Of a DNA stretch of 64,000 nt, positions 37,759 through 48,388 are shown one piece after another (the first letter of the stretch is position 1; each line of letters opens with the position of its first letter). The stretch covers positions 94,284 through 158,283 of the forward strand of contig JBMNFV010000001.1 of NCBI GenBank assembly GCA_050949505.1. Reading direction: 5' to 3'. Under the pieces are notes generated by a model. That model ran no database searches. It was not told the origin of the DNA and saw only the letters and a list, made by a program, of their open reading frames with translations. This stretch comes from Patescibacteria group bacterium. Lineage in GTDB: Bacteria > Patescibacteriota > Patescibacteriia > Patescibacteriales > UBA12465. The position numbers and the translations under genes are program-made.

Positions 37759-39990
37759 ATGAAATTAATTATTGTTGAATCGCCAACCAAGGCAAAAACT
37801 ATTTCTAAGTTTTTAACTAAAGACTATCAAGTTGAATCTTCTTTGGGTCATATTCGTGACCTACCTAAAAGCAAGTTGGGAATAGATACCGAAAATAACT
37901 TTACCCCTGTTTATGACATTCCGCTTAAGGCTAAGCCGGTGGTCAAGAAATTAAAATCTTTAGCTAATCGGTCCCAGGAAATTATTCTCGCCTCTGATGA
38001 AGACCGTGAAGGAGAGGCCATTGCTTGGCACCTTAGCCAAGCTTTAAATTTGGACCCCCAGCAAACTAAACGGATAGTTTTTCACGAAATTACTAAAGAG
38101 GCGGTAACCACTGCCTTAAAAAATCCTCGCCAACTAGACATGAATCTGGTAGATGCTCAGCAAGCACGGCGAATTTTAGATCGCCTAGTTGGCTATAAGC
38201 TATCTCCTTTTTTGTGGAAAAAAGTTGCCAGAGGTCTTTCTGCTGGCCGAGTTCAAAGTGTGGCGACTAGGCTAATTGTTGAGAGGGAGCGAGAAATTAC
38301 CGCCTTTAAACCTGAGGAGTATTGGAGCTTGTCAGGAATCTTTAAAGCTAACCAATCCTCTGAGTTCTCAGCTGATTTATATAAAATTGCTGGAAAGACT
38401 TTTAATAAGTTGACTATAAAAAAAGAATTAGCTACTAAATTAGAAAAGGACTTAGTTAAAACTACTTATGTTATAGAAAGTTTAGAAAAAAAGGAAAGCA
38501 AAAAACACCCTCAAGCCCCTTTTACCACCTCCACTCTCCAACAGTCTGCTAATCGCCTTCTCGGTTTTAGCGCCAAACAAACAATGACGGTTGCTCAAAA
38601 ACTATATGAACAAGGGCTAATTACCTACATGAGAACTGACTCCTTAAATTTATCTACTAAATTTATTAATGATTCACTTGCCTGGCTAAAAGATAATCTA
38701 GGAGAAGAGTATCTACAAGCATCTGGCCGGGTTTATAAAACTAAACGTCGCGGAGCGCAAGAAGCTCATGAGGCAATTAGGCCTACTGAGGTTAGCCAAA
38801 CCCCTGATAAGCTTAATGGCACCTTGGATAGAAATCAGCAACGACTCTATCAGCTCATTTGGCAGCGAGCCGTAGCCAGCCAAATGGCTAGCGCTAAATT
38901 AGCGACGACCGCTATTCTAATTAAAACAACCCACGAAGGCACTGATTACCTATTTCGGGCGAGTGGGCAAATATTAATTTTCCCTGGATACTTAAAAATT
39001 TGGCCAGAGAAAACCAAGGAGCAGACTTTTCCTGAATTAAAAACTGGCCAAGACCTTAGCTTAATATCTTTAAAGGCTGAAGCTCACTCCACTGTGCCGC
39101 CTGCTCGCTATTCTGATGCGGGACTAGTTAAAGAGTTAGAGCGACACGGAATTGGTCGTCCCTCTACCTACGCCCCCACAATTAATACTATTATTACTAG
39201 AAATTACGTTGAGCGTGATGAGGCTAAGCGCTTAAAACCAACTGCCATTGCCTTTGTTGTCACTGACTTGCTAATCAGTCACTTTAAGCAAATTATTGAC
39301 TATCAATTTACGGCTAACTTGGAAAATGATTTAGATTTAATTGCTAGCGGAGAAAAAGCTTGGCAGCCAATTATTAGCAATTTCTATGATGAATTTCATA
39401 GTAATTTAAAAACTAAAGAATTAGAAATTAATAAAAAAGATCTTATGCCTGAAGAAAAAACTACTGAAGTTTGTGACCAGTGTGGCAAACCGATGGTTAT
39501 TAAGACTAGCCGCTTTGGTAAATTTTTAGCTTGCTCAGGCTATCCTGAGTGTAAAAATATTAAAAAAGGCTTTGCTGAAAATGGCGCGACTGAAGCAAAA
39601 GAGCCTAGTCCAGAAATATTAGAACTACAAAAAAAATACGCCGGAGAAGTTTGTGAAAAATGTAACTCTGACATGGTGGTTCGGGTAGGTAAATTTGGAC
39701 CTTTTCTCGCTTGCTCTGCCTATCCCAAGTGTCGTAATATTAAAAATATTAGCAGCGACGGTCAGGAGGCTCCAGCGGTTAATTGTCCAGTCTGTGGTGA
39801 TGGAAAAATTGTTAAAAAATTTAGTCGTCGTGGCCCCTTTTGGGCTTGTGATAACTACCCTAAGTGCAAAAATGCCTATTGGGGAGAGCCCAGCGGAGAG
39901 TCATGTCCTGATTGTGGTAGCCTATTGCTAAAAGAAGCAAAGAGTGGAAAGATTAAGTGCAGCAGCAAGGATTGCGGTTATCAGAAATAG
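37759..39990 (+). CDS. topA: DNA topoisomerase I
   Basis: Toprim N-terminus (LIIVESPTKAKTI, DEDREGE), active-site region GLITYMRTDS, and four C-terminal CxxC...CxxC zinc ribbons. Confidence 0.95.
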   Translation: MKLIIVESPTKAKTISKFLTKDYQVESSLGHIRDLPKSKLGIDTENNFTPVYDIPLKAKPVVKKLKSLANRSQEIILASDEDREGEAIAWHLSQALNLDPQQTKRIVFHEITKEAVTTALKNPRQLDMNLVDAQQARRILDRLVGYKLSPFLWKKVARGLSAGRVQSVATRLIVEREREITAFKPEEYWSLSGIFKANQSSEFSADLYKIAGKTFNKLTIKKELATKLEKDLVKTTYVIESLEKKESKKHPQAPFTTSTLQQSANRLLGFSAKQTMTVAQKLYEQGLITYMRTDSLNLSTKFINDSLAWLKDNLGEEYLQASGRVYKTKRRGAQEAHEAIRPTEVSQTPDKLNGTLDRNQQRLYQLIWQRAVASQMASAKLATTAILIKTTHEGTDYLFRASGQILIFPGYLKIWPEKTKEQTFPELKTGQDLSLISLKAEAHSTVPPARYSDAGLVKELERHGIGRPSTYAPTINTIITRNYVERDEAKRLKPTAIAFVVTDLLISHFKQIIDYQFTANLENDLDLIASGEKAWQPIISNFYDEFHSNLKTKELEINKKDLMPEEKTTEVCDQCGKPMVIKTSRFGKFLACSGYPECKNIKKGFAENGATEAKEPSPEILELQKKYAGEVCEKCNSDMVVRVGKFGPFLACSAYPKCRNIKNISSDGQEAPAVNCPVCGDGKIVKKFSRRGPFWACDNYPKCKNAYWGEPSGESCPDCGSLLLKEAKSGKIKCSSKDCGYQK

Positions 39991-40021
39991 CTAGTGATTC
40001 AACAACTTAATAATTTGAGAT

Positions 40022-40049
40022 AAAAAAATCCGAGCTAACTCGGATTTTT
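40022..40049. terminator. Bidirectional terminator after topA
   Basis: aaaaaaatccgag-ctaa-ctcggattttt hairpin. Confidence 0.7.
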
Positions 40050-40082
40050 CTATTAATATCTTTTTCAGTTTAAGTTTTTCTG

Positions 40083-40388
40083 TTATTTTTTCTTTTTAGG
40101 ACTCGCGGCCTTCTTAGGTTTGTCTTTTTTCTCTTTTAAGTAATCAACTGCTCGCTTGGCTGTCTCGGCTAATAACATTAAGTAGGTAGAGCTATGACGT
40201 AGCTTATTTTTAATCAATAAAATCAAGTCTTCAAATTTTTCTACTCCCGCCTCAATTGATTTTACTATCTTTTTTATCCTGCTTAAACTAGTTAGCAGTT
40301 GATAAAGAGTCAAGGAGATAAAAATAGTTAAAACTCCTACGCTAATCGCTATTACTAAATTTAAAATGTCTCCCGAAGTGTTAAACAT
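40083..40388 (-). CDS. Small membrane-anchored coiled-coil protein (DUF948/YtxH-like), lysine-rich tail
   Basis: 101 aa: one N-terminal TM helix, then a helical region and a KKDKPKKAASPKKKK tail. Confidence 0.5.
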   Translation of the reverse strand: MFNTSGDILNLVIAISVGVLTIFISLTLYQLLTSLSRIKKIVKSIEAGVEKFEDLILLIKNKLRHSSTYLMLLAETAKRAVDYLKEKKDKPKKAASPKKKK

Positions 40389-40412
40389 ATTTTTTAATTA
40401 AATTAACTAAGA

Positions 40413-42857
40413 TTATTCTCGCCAACGTAACGAGAATTTATCTGTTAGTTGAGCAACTAACTGCTTGATCAATTCGTCAACCTCTTCAGTGGTTAGAGTC
40501 TTGTCAGCTGATTGAAAGGTAAGCCGAAAAGCTAAGCCCTTTTCTTCAGCTGAGATTCCTTCACCACTATAGACATCAAATACCTCTACTCCCTTTATTA
40601 AGTCACTAAATTGATCTATTTCTTCCTTAATTTCATTATAGGATATTTTGCGACTTAAAACAAAGGCTAGGTCTCTGCTCAAGGCTGGGTATTTAGGAAT
40701 TTCTGTAAAACTATCTCCGGGGATGGTCAGGGAGAGTTTTAGAATTTCTTCTAAGCTCAGCTCGGCCACTGCTAATTTTTTCTTAAAATTATTTTTTTCA
40801 ACCACCAAGCTCTTTAGTCCCGCTATTATCCCGATGTCTTTATCAGCCACCATTATCTTGACCACCGCCCCAGGTCTCGCCCAAGCTGGAGCTTCTTCGG
40901 TTTCAACAAATTTCACCTCTAGCTGTCGATTAATTAAATCCTTAAACAAGCTGGCAATTATTGATTTCAGTTTAGCAAACTGCTCTTGGCTAGAATCTGA
41001 TAAGACTATCCCTAATCGCTTTTCTTGATGAGGAATAGTTTCCGAACCTTGCTTGTCCTTAGGATAAAAGCCAGGCAAATTAAAGAAAACGCGCCCTATT
41101 TCAAATAGGCCAAAGTTTTCTCCTCTGGCTTGATTTAGCTTAGCTGCTCCTAGCAGATTGGGGACTAAGGATTGCCTTAATAGTGTCTGTCCTTCGTTGC
41201 TGGGATTAGCTAGTCGCAAATGATTAACTGAGTCAATCTCCAATTTCTCCAATTGGCTTTCCCCAACAAATGAATAATTATAGGTTTCGGTCAAAGAGTG
41301 CTTAAGACTAAGAATATTTTTTATTTCCCTCTCTAGCATTCTTTCTTGATTTAGCTCTGGCAAGCTAAGAGTCTCGGTTGGTAATTGAGATTTAATATTG
41401 TTATAACCATAAATTCTTAACACCTCTTCCACCAAATCTTCTTTAATAGCCACATCTTTAACTGCTCGCCAAGAGGGAACTTTAACTGTTAATAGATTAG
41501 CCTCTGTTGTCTCTGTTACTTTAAATCCTAACTTACTCAGAATATTAATAACTGACTCGCGAGGAATCTCTTGGCCAATTTTAGTGTTTAACCAATCTAG
41601 CTCTAGGGGAATCTCTAAATCCTCAACTTCGTTAATCTGCCCAATATCCACCAAGGGGCTACTAATTTTGGCTTGAGGGCAAACCTTAAGCAACAAACTC
41701 AAAAATCGCATCATCCCTTGCTCGGCTAATAATGGGTCTAGGGATTTTTCAAATCTAGTTGATGACTCACTTCTTAGTCCTAGTCTTTGTGAGGTTTTTC
41801 TCACTCCACTAGCCTGGAAATTGGCTGACTCTAAAATAATTTCCTTAGTATCTGACTCTATTCCACTATTTAACGCTCCCATTATTCCCGCTAACGCTAA
41901 CACCTGATCACCATCACTAATCACTAAATCTTCTTCTAGCAGGATTCTTTCTTTTTCATCTAAAGTCTTCATTCTTTCCCCTTGTCGAGCTTGTCTAACT
42001 ACTATTTTTTCCACCCGATCAGCCGAAAAGGCATGCATTGGTTGCCCTACCTCTAAAAGAACGTAATTAGTGAGATCCACAATATTATTAATCGGTCGCT
42101 GATTAACGGCTATTAACCGATCCCTTAGCCAGGCTGGTGACTCTTTGACTTCTATATTACTAACTCGGACCGCTAGATAGCGAGGACAAGCCTTTTCATT
42201 CTCCACCTTTACCTCTACTACCTTCAAGTCTTTAGACTCTGGCTCGGGAAACTTTATTTTTTCACTAATTAGCTCTTTAAAATCTTTAATTGGTAAATCA
42301 AAAATAACTCCTAGTTCTCGGGCTATCCCATAGTGGTTTAATAGGTCGCCTCGGTTAGATAGAGACTTATTGTCCACCTCCAAGACCACATCGCTTAATC
42401 CTAGGTACTCTGATAACTTCTGCCCCACCTTAGCCTTAGAGTCTAGCACCATAATCCCTTCATGCCCCTCGCCTAGTCCTAGTTCATCTTCCGCACAGAT
42501 CATCCCAAAAGACTTTTCTCCTCTTATTTCAGTTTCTTCAATCACCAAGTCTCCTGGCAAATTCGCTCCCACTAGCGCCACTGGCACTAGCTGCCCTGCT
42601 TCTAAATTTGGCGCCCCACAAACTATTGATAATTTTTCTTCCTTCACCTCAACCTCAGCTATTTGTAGGCGGTCAGCTTGAGGATGCTTAGCGACTGCTA
42701 AAACCTTACCAACTACTACCCGATCAAAGCGCTCTGCTAAACTAAGCAGCCCTTCTACCTCAGCAGTATGAGCAGTTAATTTTTGGGCAATCTCTGTAGC
42801 CTCTAGTTTGCTGGGTAGGTTAATAAAATCTTTTAACCAATTAATTGAAATATACAT
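40413..42857 (-). CDS. pheT: Phenylalanine--tRNA ligase beta subunit
   Basis: MYISINWLKDFI..., tRNA-binding (OB) domain, B3/4, B5 and FDX-ACB-like C-terminus; adjacent to pheS. Confidence 0.9.
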   Translation of the reverse strand: MYISINWLKDFINLPSKLEATEIAQKLTAHTAEVEGLLSLAERFDRVVVGKVLAVAKHPQADRLQIAEVEVKEEKLSIVCGAPNLEAGQLVPVALVGANLPGDLVIEETEIRGEKSFGMICAEDELGLGEGHEGIMVLDSKAKVGQKLSEYLGLSDVVLEVDNKSLSNRGDLLNHYGIARELGVIFDLPIKDFKELISEKIKFPEPESKDLKVVEVKVENEKACPRYLAVRVSNIEVKESPAWLRDRLIAVNQRPINNIVDLTNYVLLEVGQPMHAFSADRVEKIVVRQARQGERMKTLDEKERILLEEDLVISDGDQVLALAGIMGALNSGIESDTKEIILESANFQASGVRKTSQRLGLRSESSTRFEKSLDPLLAEQGMMRFLSLLLKVCPQAKISSPLVDIGQINEVEDLEIPLELDWLNTKIGQEIPRESVINILSKLGFKVTETTEANLLTVKVPSWRAVKDVAIKEDLVEEVLRIYGYNNIKSQLPTETLSLPELNQERMLEREIKNILSLKHSLTETYNYSFVGESQLEKLEIDSVNHLRLANPSNEGQTLLRQSLVPNLLGAAKLNQARGENFGLFEIGRVFFNLPGFYPKDKQGSETIPHQEKRLGIVLSDSSQEQFAKLKSIIASLFKDLINRQLEVKFVETEEAPAWARPGAVVKIMVADKDIGIIAGLKSLVVEKNNFKKKLAVAELSLEEILKLSLTIPGDSFTEIPKYPALSRDLAFVLSRKISYNEIKEEIDQFSDLIKGVEVFDVYSGEGISAEEKGLAFRLTFQSADKTLTTEEVDELIKQLVAQLTDKFSLRWRE

Positions 42858-42867
42858 AGAAATATAA

Positions 42868-43890
42868 TTAAAATTGCTCTAGAAACTTTAAGTCACTGCC
42901 ATTTAAAGCCCGGACGTCATTAATGCCGTATTTTAACATTGCTAATCGGCTCAAGCCGAAGCCAAAGGCTAGGCCTGAGTATTTCTCGGGGTCTATGCCG
43001 CCTGCTCGCAAAACATCAGGATGCACTAGACCTGCTCCCACTATCTCTAGCCAGCCAGACTGCTTACAAACCCGACAACCCTGTCCCTGACACAAGAAGC
43101 AAGTGTATTCACCATTATTACCTGGCTCCACGAAGGGGAAGAACTTTGGTCTCATCCTTAATTCTGTCTTAGGGCCAAATAGTTTTTTGCCAACAATTTC
43201 TAGCAAGCTTTTTAAATTGGCAAAGCTAATATTTTGGCCGATCATTAGGCCCTCAAATTGATCAAAGGTGTGCTCATGTCTAGCATCAGTCGCCTCATTT
43301 CTAAAGCACCGCCCCGGAACTATTACTTTCAGTGGCGCTCCATATTTTTGCATTAGTCTAATTTGCTCTGGAGAAGTTTGCGTTCTCATTAATAGGTCAT
43401 ACTCCCCTGACTTATTCTTTAAATCAATATAGAAAGTATCCTGCATATCTCTAGCGGGATGCTGAGGACCAACGTTTAGCGCTGTAAAATTATAATAGTC
43501 ACTTTCTAGCTCTGGGCCATCACCAATAATAAATCCTAAGGAAGAAAAGAGGTCTTCTAGCTCTGTCTGCACTAAAGTAAGTGGATGTAAGTGTCCGCTT
43601 TTTATTGGCTCTCCTGGTAAGGTGGGATCAATAATTTCCTCCTCCTTTCTCCCCAACTGACTTTTTATTTCAGTAAACTTTTTATTAATCTCCGTCTTAG
43701 CTCGGTTAGCAATTTTCCCTAAATCCTTCCTAAGTTCTACCCGCAGATCTTTAAGACCATGCATAATATTACTAAACTCACTTTTTCTAGATAAATATTT
43801 TAATTCTACCTCTCGGAGCTGTTCACTATTTTTTGCTAAAGCTAATTGTTCTAGAATCTCTTTTTTTAATTTTTCTATTTTACTTTTCAT
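42868..43890 (-). CDS. pheS: Phenylalanine--tRNA ligase alpha subunit
   Basis: HPLTLV..., class II motifs (FRNEATDARHEHTFDQFEG, GAGLVHPDVL...GLAFGFGLSRLAM). Confidence 0.9.
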   Translation of the reverse strand: MKSKIEKLKKEILEQLALAKNSEQLREVELKYLSRKSEFSNIMHGLKDLRVELRKDLGKIANRAKTEINKKFTEIKSQLGRKEEEIIDPTLPGEPIKSGHLHPLTLVQTELEDLFSSLGFIIGDGPELESDYYNFTALNVGPQHPARDMQDTFYIDLKNKSGEYDLLMRTQTSPEQIRLMQKYGAPLKVIVPGRCFRNEATDARHEHTFDQFEGLMIGQNISFANLKSLLEIVGKKLFGPKTELRMRPKFFPFVEPGNNGEYTCFLCQGQGCRVCKQSGWLEIVGAGLVHPDVLRAGGIDPEKYSGLAFGFGLSRLAMLKYGINDVRALNGSDLKFLEQF

Positions 43891-43895
43891 ATTAT

Positions 43896-44276
43896 TTACT
43901 GCTTATGTTTATGGCCACTAAGAAACAGCTCGCCGATGATAAAAATAACTACTAACAAGCCTAGGTTTAACCAGTTAAACATTTCCTGTGATTTAAGAAT
44001 TAATAAAATGATAACAAACAAGGATAGGGAAAATGACTGCCGGTAAGCTCTTTTAACTAGATTAAAGGCTAGCTCTTTTTTTAAAGCAAAAAATCTAAAC
44101 AGGAATCCTAAGAGAGCAATCGTACCGCTCAAGGCAAAGAATAGGGCTAGATAAAACAAGCTAAACCCTAGCCAGTTGGTAATAAAGGGGTCAATTAAAT
44201 TAGCAACAAAGATAAAAATACCCCAACATAAGGCGGTTAAAAATCCCATTACTAATAAATAATTTTTTAAAGTCAT
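43896..44276 (-). CDS. Small integral membrane protein, unknown function
   Basis: 126 aa with four hydrophobic helices. It overlaps the valS stop by 4 nt (atga), implying co-transcription with valS-pheST. Confidence 0.5.
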   Translation of the reverse strand: MTLKNYLLVMGFLTALCWGIFIFVANLIDPFITNWLGFSLFYLALFFALSGTIALLGFLFRFFALKKELAFNLVKRAYRQSFSLSLFVIILLILKSQEMFNWLNLGLLVVIFIIGELFLSGHKHKQ

Positions 44277-46894
44277 AGTCTAGCAATTGCTTTGATTATT
44301 TTAGCTAATTCCAGCTGATAGGTCTCTAGTTTTTCTTGCTCGCGATCAATAATATTCTTAGGTGCCTTGCTGGTAAAGTCTTGATTAGCTAGCTTAATTT
44401 CCTGATTTTTAATTAATTTTTCTAAATTTAATTTCTCCTTAGTTAGTCTGGCCTGCTCTTTTTCTTCATCTATTGCCCCAATGAGATAAATTTCTATTTT
44501 ACCCACTGGCACTAAAATTGCCTTAGCAACCTTTTCTCCCTCACTTTGCACCTCCAACTCTTCTATCCCTGTTTTAAGGCGCTTAATTAGCTCTTGGTTG
44601 TCACGAATTAAGGCAGCCTGATCGCCGGCATAAATTCGGGCGGTAACTTTTCTGCTTGGCTCTAGCTTGTTTTGACTGCGAGCATTACGAATAGCTACTA
44701 CTATGTCTTGAATTAGCAAAAAGTCCTGACTTGACTTAGCCAACTTAGCCTGAGGCTCAGGCCAAGCACTAATCATTAAGGGGTCTTTTATAAAGCTAGA
44801 CCAAATGGCTTCAGTAACAAACGGGATAAAGGGGTGCCAAAGGATTAGTAAGTTTTTTAATAGATAACTTAGGATTTTAGACTTGTTTTTTTCTATTTTC
44901 ACCACCTCTAAATACCAGTCCGCTAACTTATTCCAAGTAAACTCCGTTAACTCTTCCGCGGCTAAGGAAAATTCAAAATTATCTAGCCGTTCACTTATTT
45001 TAATCACTAACTGATTAAACTCTTCCATAATCCACTGATCTGCAATTGTTTGAGTTAGTGGTTGTCTATTAGTCAAAGACAAGTCCTCCTCCTTAATTTC
45101 GGTTAAAATAAACCGAGCAACGTTCCAGAGCTTGTTAACTAGATTTCTTTTCGCCTCTAACTTTTCTTGATTATAACGACTATCATTACCGGGAGTAGCT
45201 CCTGCTACTAGGGCTAACCGCAGAGCATCGGCTCCATACTTTTCTATCACTTCTATGGGATCAATGCCATTACCTTTGCTTTTGCTCATTTTCTTGCCTT
45301 GTTCATCTAAAATCATTCCGTGTAGATAAACTTTTTCAAAGGGAATCTCTCCTAGAGCAAAAATAGACATCATAATCATCCTAGACACCCAAAGAGTGAT
45401 AATTTCATAGCCTGTTTCTAGTACTTGAGTGGGGTGGTATTTTAATAAGTCTCCTGACTTAATCTTATTTTGGTAATTATCTGGCCAACCTAAGGTTGAG
45501 AAGGTCCACATTCCTGAAGAAAACCAAGTATCTAGCGTGTCCTCGTCCTGAGTCCAGCCTGGCTCACGAGGGGCTGATTCTCCACAATAGATCTCCTCAC
45601 CTCGGTACCAAATAGGGATGCTGTGACCAAACCAAATTTGTCGAGAAATACACCAATCGTGAAGATTAGTCATCCAGTCTTGATAACGTTTATTGAACCT
45701 ATCGGGAATAAATTTAACTTCTCCTTTTTGAGCCAACTCCAAAGCCTTGTCTTTTAATGATCGTCCTCCCAGTCTTTCTAACTTTTTATCCACTGCCACA
45801 AACCATTGTTTAGAAGGCAGTGGTTCTATTGGGGTGTCACAACGATAACAAACTGATAAATTATTCTGCAAATCTTCTTCCTTTTCCATTAGCCCTGCTT
45901 CTTGTAGCTCTTTAACTACTAAGTCTCTAGCCTGCTTAACTGCTAATCCTGAATATTTACCAAAACCTTGTTTAATTAAGCCCTCTTCATCTATTACCTT
46001 GACCACCGCCAGGTTATGCTCTGTTGCCATTTGCCAATCTGCCATTGAGTGAGCAGGGGTCACCCCTAGGGCTCCCGTGCCAAAGTCCATTTCTACATTT
46101 CTATCAGCAATCACTTTTATATTAAGATTTTGCCCACAAAACTCTACCAAAAACTCCTGTCCAATGTATTTTTGATAACGCTTATCTTGAGGATTAACTG
46201 CCACTGCCGTATCTCCTAACTTAGTTTCTGGCCTAGTAGTAGAAATACTAAAAGGGAAGTCATGACTATATTTAAAGGTATACAGCTTAGTTGTTTGCTC
46301 TTGGTAGTCAACCTCATCATCCGCTAAAGTAGAGTGGCACTGGGGGCACCAATTAACAATCCGTTCACCGCGATAAATAATGCCTTCTTGATACATCTCA
46401 ATAAACATCTTGTTGACCGCCTTTTGTCGCTCCTCATCAAGAGTGAAGGCTAATCTAGACCAATCCAAAGAAGCTCCCATGCGCTTGGTTTGTTCTAATA
46501 TTTCTGTTTGGGTGCTATCTAAAAACTGCCAAATCTCCTCTAATACTCGGTCTTTGCCTAATTGGTGACGATTTTTTCCCGTTTCTGCTAGCAATTTCCT
46601 CTCTACTACTGTCTGAGTGGCAATCGCCGCATGGTCAGTGCCTGGTAACCAAAGAGTGCGGTAGCCCTTTAGGCGCCGATATCTAATCATTAAATCCTCT
46701 AAGGCGAGGGTATAGCTATGGCCTAGGTGAAGTTTGGCGGTAATATTAGGTGGGGGTAAAATTATTGTATAACTCGGAGCATCTTCTGGTAGGGGGAGGC
46801 GATCAGGGTTAAAAAACCCTGAATTTTCCCACTTTTCATAGATAGACCTTTCATGCTCTCCTGGATTATAGGCTTTGTTTAATTCATTTTTCAT
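44273..46894 (-). CDS. valS: Valine--tRNA ligase
   Basis: PPPNITAKLHLGHS (HIGH), KMSKSKGN, CP1 editing domain and C-terminal coiled coil. Confidence 0.95.
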   Translation of the reverse strand: MKNELNKAYNPGEHERSIYEKWENSGFFNPDRLPLPEDAPSYTIILPPPNITAKLHLGHSYTLALEDLMIRYRRLKGYRTLWLPGTDHAAIATQTVVERKLLAETGKNRHQLGKDRVLEEIWQFLDSTQTEILEQTKRMGASLDWSRLAFTLDEERQKAVNKMFIEMYQEGIIYRGERIVNWCPQCHSTLADDEVDYQEQTTKLYTFKYSHDFPFSISTTRPETKLGDTAVAVNPQDKRYQKYIGQEFLVEFCGQNLNIKVIADRNVEMDFGTGALGVTPAHSMADWQMATEHNLAVVKVIDEEGLIKQGFGKYSGLAVKQARDLVVKELQEAGLMEKEEDLQNNLSVCYRCDTPIEPLPSKQWFVAVDKKLERLGGRSLKDKALELAQKGEVKFIPDRFNKRYQDWMTNLHDWCISRQIWFGHSIPIWYRGEEIYCGESAPREPGWTQDEDTLDTWFSSGMWTFSTLGWPDNYQNKIKSGDLLKYHPTQVLETGYEIITLWVSRMIMMSIFALGEIPFEKVYLHGMILDEQGKKMSKSKGNGIDPIEVIEKYGADALRLALVAGATPGNDSRYNQEKLEAKRNLVNKLWNVARFILTEIKEEDLSLTNRQPLTQTIADQWIMEEFNQLVIKISERLDNFEFSLAAEELTEFTWNKLADWYLEVVKIEKNKSKILSYLLKNLLILWHPFIPFVTEAIWSSFIKDPLMISAWPEPQAKLAKSSQDFLLIQDIVVAIRNARSQNKLEPSRKVTARIYAGDQAALIRDNQELIKRLKTGIEELEVQSEGEKVAKAILVPVGKIEIYLIGAIDEEKEQARLTKEKLNLEKLIKNQEIKLANQDFTSKAPKNIIDREQEKLETYQLELAKIIKAIARL

Positions 46895-47012
46895 AACTTA
46901 AAATTACCAAAAATATCTCTCTAAGTCAACCTGAACTAGCCTTGACTTTAGTGTAAAATAGGGCTATATTTAATAGTTATCACTCTTAGGCTAACTATTT
47001 TTTAGATATTAA

Positions 47013-48158
47013 ATGCTTAATTTAGAACAGCAAATTTTTAAACAATTAAATCAAGCTCAGGATATTTTAATTGTTTTTCCTAAAAATCAAACTGGGGACT
47101 CCTTAGTGTCTGCCTTAGCTTTTTTTATTTTCCTTAAAAACCAAGGTAAGCAAATTACTGTTGCGGGAGAGGTGGACTCTGACAATGACAAACTTTCCTT
47201 TGTGCCTAGTTATCAAAGTATTAAAAAGTCATTATTGGGGCTGCGCCGATTTATTGTCTCGGTTGATATTAGCAAGACTAAAGTTAGTCAAATTCGCTAT
47301 ACCGTTGAGCAAAATAAACTTAATTTCATTCTCTCTCCTGATAAAGATTGGCTCAAACCTGAAGATGTTAGTATCCGAGCTGGTGAATTTAAGCACGATT
47401 TAATTATTGTCATTGGGGCTAATAATTTAGAAGAGTTGGGCTCTATTTATGATGAAAATGTTGAATTTTTTTACAAAACCCCGGTTGTTAACTTAGATAA
47501 TAAGCCTAGCAATGAAGACTTTGGTCAAATTAATTTCATTGACCTTAATGCTGTGTCTATTTCCGAACTAACCTTTTACTTATTAAAAAATTATCAAAAA
47601 AAAGAGTCGCTAATTACTCCTGAGATTGCCACCTGTTTGTTAACGGGAATTATTCAAAGCACTAAAAACTTTAAGAACGCTAACCTTACTCCCCGAACAC
47701 TATTAACTAGCTCAGAATTAATTTCCCTAGGCGCTGAACGAGAAAAAATTATTACCCATCTTTACCGATCTCGCAACGTTAGTACCTTAAAACTTTGGGG
47801 CAAGGTTCTTAATAATTTACAGACTGAACGCCATGATACTATTTTGTGGTCCAAGTTATTTGCTTCCGGAAAATTAAATTCCCTTGATTCACTAAAAAAC
47901 CTAGATGATGTGATTGACGAATTAATCATTAGCGTCCCTCAGGCGGAGCTGGTGTTAATTTTTTATGAAAAAAACTTAGCTGAGACCGAAGTAATTGCCT
48001 ATTCTTTGAAAAATGTTAACCTTCTTAACCTTCTTAGCACTTACTCTCCTCAAGGTACTAGCCGACGAGCTTTATTTAGTTTAGAGCAAGACCTGGATAC
48101 CGCTCACACTCTAATCATCCCGGCTCTTAAAAATAGACTTGATAAATTAAATGCTTAA
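47013..48158 (+). CDS. DHH/DHHA1-like phosphoesterase homolog (NrnA-like) with degenerate catalytic motifs
   Basis: Overall NrnA-like layout (DILIVFPKNQTGDSLVSALAF..., IIVIGANN..., NLDNKPSNEDFG...). The DHH triad position reads DNK and the first His/Asp positions are substituted. Confidence 0.45.
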   Translation: MLNLEQQIFKQLNQAQDILIVFPKNQTGDSLVSALAFFIFLKNQGKQITVAGEVDSDNDKLSFVPSYQSIKKSLLGLRRFIVSVDISKTKVSQIRYTVEQNKLNFILSPDKDWLKPEDVSIRAGEFKHDLIIVIGANNLEELGSIYDENVEFFYKTPVVNLDNKPSNEDFGQINFIDLNAVSISELTFYLLKNYQKKESLITPEIATCLLTGIIQSTKNFKNANLTPRTLLTSSELISLGAEREKIITHLYRSRNVSTLKLWGKVLNNLQTERHDTILWSKLFASGKLNSLDSLKNLDDVIDELIISVPQAELVLIFYEKNLAETEVIAYSLKNVNLLNLLSTYSPQGTSRRALFSLEQDLDTAHTLIIPALKNRLDKLNA

Positions 48159-48220
48159 TGGTATAAAATAAAACGAGGTAGTTAACGCTTCTAAACCGTT
48201 TGCCTCTTCCTAATTATTAC

Positions 48221-48294
48221 GGGCATATAGCTCAGCTGGTTAGAGCACCGCTCTTATAAAGCGGAGGTCGACGGTTCAAATCCATCTATGCCCA
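48221..48294 (+). tRNA. tRNA-Ile (anticodon TAT)
   Basis: Acceptor gggcata/tatgccc, D-arm gctcagctggttagagc, anticodon arm ccgct-cttataa-agcgg, T-loop ggttcaaatcc (one C-A mismatch in the T stem). Confidence 0.8.
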
Positions 48295-48310
48295 CCCCCT
48301 CTTTTTTTAT

Positions 48311-48384
<74 letters not shown>

Positions 48385-48388
48385 CAAA

